Below, in pieces: positions 28,901 to 39,940 of a stretch of DNA of 64,000 bases; position 1 is the stretch's first letter, and every line of letters starts with the position of its first letter. The stretch lies in the NCBI GenBank assembly GCA_964016885.1, contig OZ024741.1, positions 181,102,001 through 181,166,000 of the forward strand, written 5' to 3'. The notes under the pieces were generated by a model. The model saw only the letters and a list, made by a program, of their open reading frames with translations. It did not search any database and had not been told where the DNA came from. Made by a program: the position numbers and the translations under genes. The stretch is from Eledone cirrhosa (taxonomy: Eukaryota).

Positions 28901-31900
28901 AGGTGTGTCAGAAAAGTTCCAGGACTGATGTCACAAAAGATTTATTTCAAACCCAAACTTCACACGAAGAGTTTTCTCCTTCAAAGTAATCCCCCTGGCG
29001 TATGTAACTGTAATCTTAGCTCTCTGCAGCGATCAAACTTTTTTCTTCATAATTTTATATACATGTCCTCTGTTTCAGGTCGTCAAGCAATGAGCACAAA
29101 GCAATGAACAAACTTGAAGTTTCTGGTACGGTTGGTGAAAACTCCGTCAGAAGCACTGGGATTGTTGCAGCAAGTGTATGGAGATGAGACGATGTCACGC
29201 TCACGTGTTTTTGAGTGGTGCAAGAGGTTTAAAGTAGGACGTGAGGACGTGGAAGATGACTCCAGGAGCGGAAGGCCCTCAACAACCAGGACTGAGGTCA
29301 ACGTTGAGCGCATCAGGCAGATGGACCTGTTTTGAAGACGTGGATGACATCAAAAAGGCCGTGACGAAGGAACTGCGGAGGATCACGGAAGAATCCTTCC
29401 AGGAGTGCATGCAAGCGTGGCAGAAAAGGATGTAAAAGTGCATTAGACTCCAGGGGGATTAGTTTGAAATAGAAAACTCTTTGTGTGAAGTTTGGGTTTG
29501 AAATAAATCTTTTGTGACATCAGTCCTGGAACTTTTCTGACACACCTCGTATATATACACACACACATATATATATACACACACAACACAAAGCTAAATA
29601 GTGATCTAATCTACTTTAATTTAGTTTTATTTTGTTTATTATGTTTCAGCTTTACACAACTCTATCTTTAGGATCGTTAACATAACTAGTATTTGTAATT
29701 AATAACTGTCTGGCATACGTTACTTCACCAGCCAACTGTACTGAGTCTCCTGGTCATGCAGAGCATGAGTCTGTGGATGTTTCTTGGTGTGCTTGGAAAT
29801 AATAGAAATTTTCCTATTCTCGATATGAGATATTACTCAGAAGGGTTTGTGGGTTTATGAACCTGCAGTGACTGTGAAACCATTATCTCAGTAGCTAACA
29901 AAAGACAAGCCTCACTCATTTCTCAACATCTCAAACACACAGTGATGGAACTACATCTTTTATTATGACTATCAAAGATATATTTAATTTTTAAATAAAT
30001 GCATCCTTCTCCTAATTCTTTAATTAAAACTTTAAATTTTAAACCGCTTTTACTGTGACAAAAGTATCATCATCATTAAACATTTATCTTCCCTGTTAGC
30101 AAGGGTTCGACGGGTCCTTATTGACCGAGTCAGTACTCAAATGGATCTACTGATCTCTCACAAGGGCTGGGGCCTACATCTGGCACTCTACCAACTGCAC
30201 TTTATTGTAGCACCAGCAGTAGTTAGGTTGTCATGTCTTTGATACAGCTGCAGGTCTCCTCCTGAGTCATTTTTTGGCAGGTTTTCTATAACTGGATACC
30301 CACCCTGTTACCAACCCCTTTATAGCTGTACTAGGAGCGTTCATTGTGTAGATCACCAGCACTAGAGAGGTTGTCATGTCCTTGATACAAATGAAGAGCC
30401 CTTTCAATCCTTTACGGCATGGTTTCTTCAGTGGGATGCTATTGCTAACACCTTCCTATTGCTAACACCTTATGGTGTGTACTAAGTGCATTTTTTTGTG
30501 GCATCTGCACAATAGAAATTGTTGGCCATTGACTCAACTGAAAAGACCTCTCTACTGTAGAGAGGGGTGTATGAAAGATGATAAGTATGATATCATGGGT
30601 GTGTGTGGTGGTGGGATTTGACAGGTGTAACATATATGATTAACTACTGGCATTATTTTAGGTGGATTGGCAGTATCGGTAGAGGGTCGGACACCATGCT
30701 TTGCAGCAAAGAGTTACGGCCCTTTATGGTCTGAGTTCAAATCCCACTGAGGTTAACTTTGCCTTTCATACTTATGGGGTCGATAAAATAAAGTACCAGT
30801 AATACACTGGGATAATTGCTGGCCTTGTGCCAAAAGTAGAAACAATTATTTTAGGTAACTAGCCGTAGCTACACACATTCATTTATTTCATGTGCAGAAG
30901 GTAAAAAATGTGTGTGAACATGGGAACAGTGCTGGAAAATTTGACCTCAGTGTACAGAGAGTCTGAACCAATACTGCAAGGCATTCTATCTGATACTCTA
31001 ATGACTCTAAATTATGATTATTTAGTTACTGATCATGTTTTTAACCCAAAACAACTTTCACAGCAAGATATAACAAGCAATAATATAACAAGCATTTTAA
31101 AGCTATTTTGTCAACTAAAACCATGTCAACCCCATGACAGGCTTCATACACATTATGCATTCATTTTTGAGGCAATGTTTTACAACTGGATGTCCTTCCT
31201 GGTGCCAACCCTTTTAATCAGCTCTTATGACACACAGGAAAAACTGAATAATAGGCTTGTACAATAAATGACCATATAGTTAAAAGTTGTTTGTTATCAA
31301 ATAGACACAATGGTTTATCTTATTAAAAATTACATAAAATAAGAATAAACATATGAGTATACAACTCAACTCAAACCATGTCTTAGCTTTTTATTAGTTT
31401 ATCTTTGATATCAGGTGTTTGATTTGACAGAGTCATTAGAGCATTGGATGTTTGTTCTGGCTCTCTGTGTTCTGAGTTCAAATTTCACCAATATCCACTT
31501 TGCTTTTCATTCTTTTAAGGTCAGTAAAGTACAAGCCCAATGCTGGCGCAGCCCTCTCTCCTCCCAGCTGTCACATCCTGGATGTTCCACAAAAGAGGGC
31601 GGGCCAAGAGGGTGTCTGTGTCTACTCATGACTGCAAGGGCATCTACATATCTTAGCAAAAGCATGCTAAATACTACCAAGTTGCACTTGATTTGCAAGT
31701 GATTCTGTAATAATCTTTGATATCACATTTCTGTTATTTCTAGAGTTATTAAAAGTCTCACTTGAGCCTAGAAGCTCATCACCCTAGAGCTCTCATTGGT
31801 ATTAAATGACTGAGAGTCAAGGACTCCCTCATTAACAAGATGCCAGTCCATCACAGAGTTAATTCCTGCTGCTGGTACACACGTTTTTTAGCTGAGTGGA

Positions 31901-34900
31901 TTAGAGCAATGTGAAATGAAGTGTTTTGCACAAGGACACCATGCAGCGCCTGGTCCAGGAATTGAACCCACAATCTCACGATCATGTTCTCAACATCCTT
32001 ATCAGGAAGTTGCATGCCTTCCTTAGATTTATTATTTTTTTTACTGTAATAATTTATTGTGGCACCAGTATTAAGGAAGTTATTTGGCAGTGACTAACAG
32101 TAACAGCATATATTAACTAATGAAATGTTGTCACATTGTTTTGTTCATTCATCGTGTCGCTCTGAAGTGCAAAACCTTACATAGATGCTGCCTCAGGGTC
32201 CTAGTGGACAAAATTACAAAAGTGTTACCTTGGAGTATAGTGAATAAAATATGCTGAAGGAGCCAATCCAACCAATCCCAGTAAGCTAATTATAAGGTGA
32301 CATTGTAAGTTTTTAACATGCTTCAGTAAAGTATTCTATTCATTTGCCACGAGGTGCCCTTGATTTTCCCCAGCTGTTACAAATGTTTCTACACAGTAGT
32401 GGAGCAACAGTCTAGATATGTAACATCTGGTGCACTGTGTAAAGTGGCTTGTTATGGGCCACTAAAACGAGGCTAGCATGCTCCACTAAATATGTAATGT
32501 TAGTGTACATGAATGATAAAGCATAAATGAATTGAAGGAAAAACTGGGCTTAAGAAGAATCAAATGTAGTGAGCAACAGATCAAGTAGAATGTAGAATGA
32601 TAAGAGGAAAACTGAAGAAAACCTAGGCAGAAGTGGTGAGAGTTGATCTCAGAGGAGATGTCAAAGAAGCACAACAAGTATAGGAAAGTTGTGCATGAGA
32701 CGATTCGTCCAACACATGCAAGCATGTAGAGTGGATTTTATGTAAGCATGTTGCAGGCCTCCAGCCTGTGGGTAGCCCTGCTTGAGTACTGACTCGGCCT
32801 GTGAAAACCCATCCAACCCTTGCTAGCATGGAAAAGTGGAAGTTAAATGATGATACAGAGTTTGAAGTAAGGAAGGAAATTGATTTTTTAGCTATTATGT
32901 GTGTATGACTGGAACTAACTGGAAGAACACTGAACTGAGAAAGCTTCTGGATTAATGTTCTATTATGTTGTTAATGAACAAATAGTTAGATATGCAGTTA
33001 CAAGGATTAATCTCTTAGAATAGAACCTTGTCACAAATTCAACTACATTGTAGTGACCTACATTCTGCGGGCTCACATACATTCTCTGTGCGTGATTTGG
33101 CTCAGCTCAGCCAATCAGCGCCAGCAGAAGAGAATGTATCTCTACGCGCCCTGAGGGAAAAATTCCCGCGTTGATTTGAAGAATCAGCCTCTTGCATACC
33201 AAACTTCGAAGGAACATCACGTACAACATGTAACGGTGAGATTTTGAACTGAAAATATTCATCACGTCGGGGTCACCATTTTTAGCAGCATAATCATCTT
33301 CGTTTAACGAAGTATATAAATGTTATTGGGACACGAGTAACATAATAATGATGTCAACAGCAGAAATTAGAGATGTTTATTTTTGTTGTAGCACAAATAA
33401 TTGTTTCTACTTTAGGCACAAGGCCAGCAATTACCCAGTGCATTACTGGTACTTTATTTTATCGACCTCGTAAGGATGAAAAGCAAAGTCAACCTCGGCG
33501 GGATTTGAACTCAGATCGTAAAGGGACGTAACTATGCTGGAAAGCATGGCGTCCGACCCTCTACCGATACTGCCAATCCAAAATAATGTTTGTTAATTTG
33601 TATGGTGGAAGTTACACATAAAATGAGGTTACAAAAGGGAATGTGCCATTGTGCCAGGCCCAAGGAGGGCAGGCAGGCCAAAGTGCAAAATCTCACTGTT
33701 ACATGTTGTACGTGTTGCTCCTTCGAAGTTCGGGATGCGAGAGGCTGATTCTTCAAATCAACGCGGGAATTTTCCCCTAAGGTCGCGTAGAGATACATTC
33801 TCTTCTACTGGCGCTGATTGGCTGAGCTGAGCCAAATCACGCACAGAAAATGTATGTGAGCCCGCGGAATGTAGGTCACTACAACTACGACTAAACAGTT
33901 TTTGGTTTTACTGTGTACGGGATTTGTGGGGATTGGTCTTAGTTTTTTTGGACTCAATCTCCAGATTAAAAAAATAAAAACAAGACGTTAATGTGGTCAA
34001 TGCTTAATTTGAACATTTTTGGTGAATGAGTAAAAAAGCAAAAATAGTTCGTAATGACAGTAGAAGACACTCGAGAGAGAAGTGGCCACTTATTCCTTAT
34101 AAGCGATTTTTAGCCACCGTCTAAGGTTTTTTCATTATGCCCTTAAAAAACACACAAAACGGCTTTGGGCTCTTATGTTTGAACATCAAAAATTGAGTAT
34201 CTACAAGAAAGACATTTAAAAAATCAAAACAATAAATGGAAATCTTAATTCAATGCTTTATAGTCATATTTATATATTAATTATATGGAAAAAGAAGAGA
34301 AATGTCTTGTAATAGCCGTATTAATTTTCAAAGTAATGAAAGTAATGTGTATTCAACAATAAAAACACTAAAAGTGCACCGTTTCACTTTAAACGAAGTG
34401 CCTCGAAGTGTACCAGAGAACAAGCGAAATAAAGTATTTTGTAAACAAGAACTCTTCGATGAGGGGTATTGTTCAAAACGTGAGACTTTTCCAGGGCATG
34501 TTTCGCTTTAGGTATATAAATGAAAAGGAATTAAAGTGATTCGTAGAATCGAGTGATGCAATATTACACACTAACACCAGAGGAAAGGCAAGTGTTAACG
34601 CCAAAGACAAATGTCAAGACATACATGCGACTTCAGTTAATTTGTTCTCCACATATCCCAAACTAACCCATTACCACCCTACAAAATCATTTTTTTCAGT
34701 TTAAGGATTGAAAAATAAAACAAAAAAAACAACAATTAAGAATTCAGATAAAAAATAAATCCACGAGGAATCGCTTTATCACAAATGTATCTTTCAGTTT
34801 ATCGATTAGAAAATAATTTAAAAAGAGAAGATTTACAGCAAAAAAGCAGGTTCATTTAATTTAATTTACTTTGTGATTTTAGAAACAAAACCTTTTACTT

Positions 34901-35445
34901 TTCTTATGGTAAACTAATTCAGTTATGCAACATGATTGTAATAGGCCCGTCCCAAGTAAGACTCTGTTAAAACAACATCCACAGCGACGTTGAAGAATCA
35001 AAGTAGTATTTTTTAAAGATATTCTTTGCTTCCAACAAAATACGAACTTCGAAAATTACATACATTAACGAGTACGTCATAAATCAAACATATATTTCTG
35101 TAAAATAATTAAAAAATCACTTTGATTTAGTATCAGTAACAGTGGTGGTGTTTACTGGCATCTCAAATATGTTGAAAGTGCGACTGGCAAGTCAACAAAA
35201 CAACACACGTTACTATGCATGCAAAATGTACACAACACGAATATTATAAACATACACATATACACGAAGGTTTCATTAAAATGCAAGAACGTTCCAACAT
35301 CTTTCCAGCTTTTACAGAGAAAAGAGGAAACTATAATACATCATTGCTGTAAGATTTGAAAGATCAATGAAATATTTACCTCAAATAATCGCCTAATTTC
35401 AGGACAGTCCGACTCTACAGCAGGTCTGACGATGAACGAAGCCAT
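9272..35445 (-). CDS. SAT1: Diamine (spermidine/spermine) N-acetyltransferase-like GNAT protein, SAT1/SAT2 family; join of exons 35380-35445, 27583-27634, 26092-26157, 21736-21890, 9272-9448 (171 aa)
   Basis: Manual splicing gives 516 nt in frame: MASFIVRPAVESDCPEIRRLFE-EQEEEDEDELKSPLTLE-DLKKYGFGEDQKFMIIVAQCES-DTCTTPFLIGYMFFSNIFCTYIGKTLLVDDVYVTPEYRNQGILKKLGHFMVK-IALEKDYRQVQWYTPSDNIQIKSLCKLIQAENESKATPYFYLNFIKRDIQKLNSDNEP*. All introns are GT-AG with compatible phases. It resembles human SAT1 (MAKFVIRPA...DC, GFGE, IGKLLYLEDFFV...YRGFGIG). SAT1 vs SAT2 orthology is not resolved. Confidence 0.9.
10632..12284. repeat. Inverted duplication (10632-10977 vs 11968-12284)
   Basis: Near-identical reverse complements; the ORF track shows the same peptide on both strands. 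Confidence 0.88.
12769..12834 (-). ncRNA. Type I hammerhead ribozyme (sense to SSAT intron 4)
   Basis: Reverse-complement copy of 12999-13064 with intact core. Confidence 0.78.
12999..13064 (+). ncRNA. Type I hammerhead ribozyme
   Basis: tattttat-CTGATGA-aagtgcacca...tggtggccctt-GAAA-tatgta-TA-atgaaata. Confidence 0.8.
14121..14172 (+). ncRNA. Type I hammerhead ribozyme
   Basis: ggctttc-CTGATGA-tttccttcaaat-GAAA-caattctagttctg-TA-gaagcc. Confidence 0.7.
14589..14638 (-). ncRNA. Type I hammerhead ribozyme (left arm of hairpin 14576-14743)
   Basis: gcttcc-CTGATGA-tttccttcaaat-GAAA-cagttctagtcatg-TA-gaagc on the minus strand. Confidence 0.7.
14681..14732 (+). ncRNA. Type I hammerhead ribozyme (right arm of hairpin)
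   Basis: CTGATGA-tttccttcaaat-GAAA-cag...ctg-TA-gaagcc; stem III acag/ctgt, GUA triplet. Confidence 0.72.
14920..15420 (-). mobile_element. Degenerate LINE 3' fragment
   Basis: Similar to the tail of the LINE at 50630-50985; (GAA)-rich end. Confidence 0.5.
15425..16630 (-). mobile_element. RTE-clade LINE RT fragment
   Basis: SPLLFII, ELLYADD, GLKINLSKTK, FRYLGD, RRLRWYGH, GRPRKTW across frameshifts. Confidence 0.92.
16829..17232 (+). mobile_element. tRNA-derived SINE family B with RTE-type tail (copy at 13136-13476 minus; degenerate at 26500-26760 and 31800-32020)
   Basis: tggcttagtggttag / gagttcaattctc boxes, ccttgagcaagacact core, (TGA)n tail. Confidence 0.88.
17921..19101. mobile_element. 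Non-autonomous Tc1/pogo-like DNA transposon (related copy 24520-25018)
   Basis: TIRs ccgtatatacttgagtataagtcgc / gcgacctatacgcgagtatatatgg; TA at the right flank. Confidence 0.65.
19554..19771. mobile_element. piggyBac-like TTAA MITE (other copies 5820-6032, 22193-23294, 28072-28279)
   Basis: TTAA-CCCTTTAGCATTT...AAATACTAAAGGG-TTAA termini; shared internal sequence. Confidence 0.75.
21736..21890 (-). CDS. SAT1: SSAT-like coding exon 4 (GNAT motif A region)
   Basis: Acceptor tttcag|AT, donor AAG|GTAATA; IGYMFF...YIGKTLLVDDVYVTPEYRNQGI. Confidence 0.93.
22337..23226 (-). mobile_element. Non-autonomous Helitron nested in a TTAA MITE
   Basis: Same 3' hairpin plus CTAG; splits the MITE 22193-23294 at atgaga|taat. 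Confidence 0.78.
25495..25988 (+). mobile_element. CR1/L2-like LINE 3' end with (ATT)n tail (short copy at 2930-3018)
   Basis: R.H.YKIRKQ...FS motif; shared tail gtgcacctgagcactgtacacaat(ATT)n. Confidence 0.6.
26092..26157 (-). CDS. SAT1: SSAT-like coding exon 3 (DLKKYGFGEDQKFMIIVAQCES)
   Basis: Acceptor ttctag|AT, donor CAG|GTATGA; DL..xGFGE motif typical of SSAT. Confidence 0.9.
27583..27634 (-). CDS. SAT1: SSAT-like coding exon 2 (EQEEEDEDELKSPLTLE)
   Basis: Acceptor ttatag|GAG, donor AAG|GTAAGT; 52 nt, phase 0 to 1, as needed to join exons 1 and 3. Confidence 0.82.
28899..29549 (+). mobile_element. Internally deleted mariner element
   Basis: ~65-bp TIRs and TA TSD; HTH fragment VYGDETMSRSRVFEWCKRFK.GRE.VEDD.RSGRP fused to the C-terminus. 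Confidence 0.92.
33048..33884. mobile_element. MITE/fold-back element with ~200-bp TIRs and a central SINE (33396-33582)
   Basis: 33048-33247 is the reverse complement of 33686-33884. Confidence 0.8.
35380..35445 (-). CDS. SAT1: SSAT-like coding exon 1 (MASFIVRPAVESDCPEIRRLFE)
   Basis: ATG at 35445, 66 nt, donor GAG|GTAAAT; matches the SSAT N-terminus. Confidence 0.92.
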
Positions 35446-35447
35446 AA

Positions 35448-35473
35448 TTACATTATTCAGGGGAGGCAACCAT
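35448..35473 (-). promoter_or_regulatory. Two overlapping uORFs (MVASPE* and M*) just upstream of the SSAT ATG
   Basis: Minus strand reads ATG GTT GCC TCC CCT GAA TA[A TG] TAA TT ATG GCT. Inclusion in the mRNA is unproven. Confidence 0.45.
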
Positions 35474-35849
35474 TGTCTAACTTGTAAAAATATGAGTTGT
35501 TATGAACTATAGAGAAATTTTGCTGATATAGAACAGCTCTCGTTTATTTATTAAGTTCTTTTCGATGTATTTTCTCTTCAAGACAAATACAAAAATAAAT
35601 TTATTGACACAAAAGTTGCATTAACGACAACAGTAGCAACAATATACAATGCAATAATGAATTCTGACCTTTATTATAGCAATGACACATTAAGATTGGC
35701 TTATGTAAACACATGGCCACGCGCATAAACATAGTAATTAATGAGTGTTATTAGGTTGCCTGACAGTTATGTATGTACACGCTAACAATAAATCCCAAGT
35801 GTGTAGAGTTTGGTTTGCTCCTTATTCTCTCTCCCCTCTCTCATGTTTA

Positions 35850-36130
35850 TCTTACCTTTAATCGTATTTTCTGAATTCTAAATAAATGCTTGAAATCTTC
35901 AAAAACAAAAATATTCATCTCACGTACTGATGCGATAAGTGGAATGTCTCATGCTTGGAGACTACGTGATCCAACGCATGCACGAAAAGGGCAATAGCCA
36001 AATTAATTTCGTCTTTGTTATGACGTGAATGCTTTTTTTTGTTTTTGCCATCGTTGGCGGCTCGCCTTATTGAAATATGAAGTGATGCTCGTAAAGATAC
36101 TTGGCTATTCTGGTGCCTTAGGCCCGTTCT
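35850..36130 (-). promoter_or_regulatory. Putative promoter / non-coding first exon of the SSAT-like gene
   Basis: Strong minus-strand donor AAG|GTAAGA at ~35855; unique, CpG-richer sequence with several ACGTG/TGACGT motifs. Confidence 0.35.
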
Positions 36131-38102
36131 CACTCGCGGTTAAACCAAGGGGGTTTTGGCTTCCCCTAAACATATTTATAGGGCAATAACCCGCGTTACC
36201 TGTTCTTTTATGTGATTGAGGGTGTCTCCAGTAAATTTTTTCTCAAGAAAGTTATTCTTTTTTCTCAAGAAAGTTATTCTTTTTTCTCAAGAAAGTTATT
36301 CAATTTCTGTGATTCCCCCACTCGTGGTGACGGGTGTAATAATAAACAGATACCGTATCTTCATTTTTTTTTCTGAAATCCCACTCCTAATATTTTTATT
36401 GCTTTGTTTCTTTTGTAAATTATTCCCAGACACTCCTTAACATACGACTTAAACACCACCCGCAATTAAAAACGTTTATATTTCCACACACGTCAGCACA
36501 TTTTCTCCTGGTATCCGTTACGCTTCAGGAGTTAAATTCAAATATTTCAATGTACACAAAAAGGAAAAATCATGCCTGAGTAAATACGTATTGGTAAATA
36601 CATTTATCGAACCATAGTAATACGCGACATGTGTTTATATATCTATCTATCTATCTATCTATATATATATTTGTCCCACCTCATATCTATATATATATTC
36701 GCCCAACCTAATTGCGAGGGGGAACCGCCGTGGTCAACTTTGCCTTTCATTCTTTCGAGGTCGATAAAAAATGTACCAGTCCAGTACTGGGGTCGATTAT
36801 CCTCTAGAGAAATAATCGGCTGTGTTCAAACCTGGAAAGGGTTGGGCTCCGCCAGATTAAAAAAGTGCCATAGACCCGCTGTATGACGGCACCTCTACGA
36901 ATCTACAAGGAGTTATGGGATCTTTATCCTATCCTATATATATCCAGTGGCGGACTGGGTTTAAAAATATTGGTTGCCAGGAGATGAATGGGGCCCACCT
37001 ACATATAGAATGCTATCATTTAATTTTTATAATGAATAAATAACATTTTCGAAAAATACATAAGAGGAAACAAAAAAGTGCAATCAAATTTTTGCGGGAA
37101 AATATCTCACCTTCTCCAATAAAAAAATATTATGTATTTTACGAAATCCAGAGACTTTCAATAACGACCAGAAGTCGACCCTAAATATTACTAATAGCTC
37201 TAGGAAAGCGATGAACGACAGCACATCTTTTTAACTTTGATTTTGAAAGTAGGTTTATAAATACTTTTGTAGCTGTCTCGGTGGCCTAGTAGGAGGAATA
37301 ATAGACGGCGATGATCCTGGTCTGAAGTTCGATCCTGGAAGGAGTTGGGCCTCCCGGTAAACCTTTTCAGTTTTTTTCTATTGGTTGTAAAATAAAAACT
37401 AAAAAATGTACCTCTTGGCCAGGATTGAATCCAAAACCAGGATCTCCACCGTCTCTAGTACATACCCCTAGGCCACAGAGATTACTACGAATATCTTATG
37501 AAAATTCATACTTATAAACCTACTTTCAAAAATTTCAAAACAAAGTGTTGTGGTGTCGTTCATGTTATTGCTCCTACTTAAGGTCGACTTCTAAATCATT
37601 TGGGTGTTCCATAAACTACATCCTCGTTTTGTTTCACATCTATCTAGACTATATATTTAACCTGTAATCCATGTTTCATTTCTGTTGCACCTCATTTCTT
37701 CTCCCCACTCTCTCTGTGATATTTGAATCTACTATGATTTGGGATTACTTTATTCATTTATATATGTTTTTGCATGTCAGATTCAAACTTACAATGATTG
37801 GCATCATACATACATACGTACATACATATATATATATATACAGTGGCAGACTAGGTCTAAAAATATTGGTTGCCAGATAAAAAAAAAGGGGGGGGGGTCC
37901 ACCTACATATAGAATGCTATCATTTAATTTTTATAATGAATAAATAACATTTTTAAAAAATACATAAGTGGAAACAAAACAGTGCAATCAAAATTTTCCT
38001 GAAAAATATCTTACCTTCTCCAATAAAGAATATTATGAATTTTGCGAAATCCAGAAACTTTCAATATTGACCTTTGGTCTTTCAACTCACTCAATATATA
38101 TA

Positions 38103-39300
38103 TTAGAATTGGAGCTCTGAAATAGCAATATATATATGGATGTATATATAATGTATTTTGCAATACACTTTATGCTTAATTAAAAGCATTTTGAAGACCG
38201 TAAGCTATTGTTTTAAAGTAGTGACAAATTCACTTACTTTGATCTCAGCAAACAGGGGAGATAAGCCGACAAGTCTTGTTTCGCTTTGGTTGAAGCTTAT
38301 CAAGACCAACTACCCTCCTGTCTACCGAGATCATTGATATTATATTCTTATAGAAATCTAGTAAATAATCAGGAGCTGATTATGCAGAGCGGTTGTTGGT
38401 CAGGCAGAAATTAAAAATTAGAATTGGAGCTCTGAAATAGCAATATATATATGGATGTATATATAATGTATTTTGCAATACACTTTATGCTTAATTAAAA
38501 GAATTTTGAAGACCGTAAGCTATTGTTTTAAAGTAGTGACAAATTCACTTACTTTGATCTCAGCAAACAGGGGAGATAAGCCGACAAGTCTTGTTTCGCT
38601 TTGGTTGAAGCTTATCAAGACCAACTACCCCTCCTGTCTACCGAGATCATTGATGTTATATTCTTATAGAAATCTAGTAAATAATCAGGAGCTGATTATG
38701 CAGAGCGGTTGTTGGTCAGGCAGAAATTAAAAATTAGAATTGGAGCTCTGAAATAGCAATATATATATGGATGTATATATAATGTATTTTTCAATACACT
38801 TTATGCTTAATTAAAAGCATTTTGAAGACCGTAAGCTATTGTTTTAAAGTAGTGATAAATTCACTTACTTTGATCTCAGCAAACAGGGGAGATAAGCCGA
38901 CAAGTCTTGTTTCGCTTTAAAACAATAGCTTACGGTCTTCAAAATGCTTTTAATTAAGCATAAAGTGTATTGAAAAATACATTATATATACATCCATATA
39001 TATATTGCTATTTCAGAGCTCCAATTCTAATTTTTAATTTCTGCCTGACCAACAACTGCTCTGCATAATCAGCTCCTGATTATTTACTAGATTTCTATAA
39101 GAATATAACATCAATGATCTCGGTAGACAGGAGGGGTAGTTGGCCTTGATAAGCTTCAACCAAAGCGAAACAAGACTTCTCGGCTTATCTCCCCTGTTTG
39201 CTGAGATCAAAGTAAGTGAATTTGTCACTACTTTAAAACAATAGCTTACGGTCTTCAAAATGCTTTTAATTAAGCATAAAGTGTATTGCAAAATACATTA
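38103..39300. repeat. ~315-bp tandem array (about 2.6 units) plus ~1.2 inverted units; retrozyme / pLTR-like
   Basis: Units start at 38103, 38418 and 38734; orientation flips at ~38918; flanked by TA-rich sequence; one HHR per full unit. Confidence 0.85.
38262..38310 (-). ncRNA. Hammerhead ribozyme, U3-A8 core variant (copies at 38577-38625 minus and 39139-39187 plus)
   Basis: ggtc-TTGATAA-gctt caacca aagc-GAAA-caagacttg-TC-ggct; GUC triplet. Confidence 0.68.
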
Positions 39301-39311
39301 TATATACATAC

Positions 39312-39426
<115 letters not shown>

Positions 39427-39717
39427 GTAATAATAATAAATTTCAAGACTAAAATCCAAAGAGGGCTCGATAAGGATGAAAGCAGCGATTCTTTGCTTAA
39501 ACTTTAATCTGTTATTTTAATAAATATATATATGTATATATATATATATTAACACCTTTCAACCATTCCTTTCAAAGGGTCATGACCTCAACTAAAGTGT
39601 ATTACTTTTCATCTTAACACTATATGAAAAAAACAATTTGATTCGTTAGTTCTTCAACTACCTCCAAATATGGACATGATACTAATTCTGAGTAAAATTA
39701 TTATTGAATAAAATTAT

Positions 39718-39855
39718 TATTGCTTTTGAAAACAGCTGGTGATATCCATGTAAGTAAATATTCTCTCTATCTGATAGTTTGTAAACTTACATAGATCAAT
39801 AACTGAGTATAGATACAATGTATTATCACCATCTAGAAACGATCGTAAAGCAGTG
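39718..39855 (+). ncRNA. Hammerhead ribozyme with long stem II, U3-A8 variant
   Basis: tattgctt-TTGAAAA-..tggtgata..tatcacca..-GAAA-cgatcg-TA-aagcagtg. Confidence 0.62.
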
Positions 39856-39901
39856 AAGTATATCTCTAATGACTTGATTTTTTTATTTCATTGTTTTAAC
39901 T

Positions 39902-39939
<38 letters not shown>

Positions 39940-39940
<1 letters not shown>

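Noticed and set aside
36238-36300. 3 x 23-bp tandem repeat
   Set aside because: Ordinary slippage minisatellite.
38473-39291. 85-aa ORF present on both strands of the tandem array
   Set aside because: Starts at TTG, is frameshifted in unit 1 and has no recognisable motif; a by-product of the repeat.
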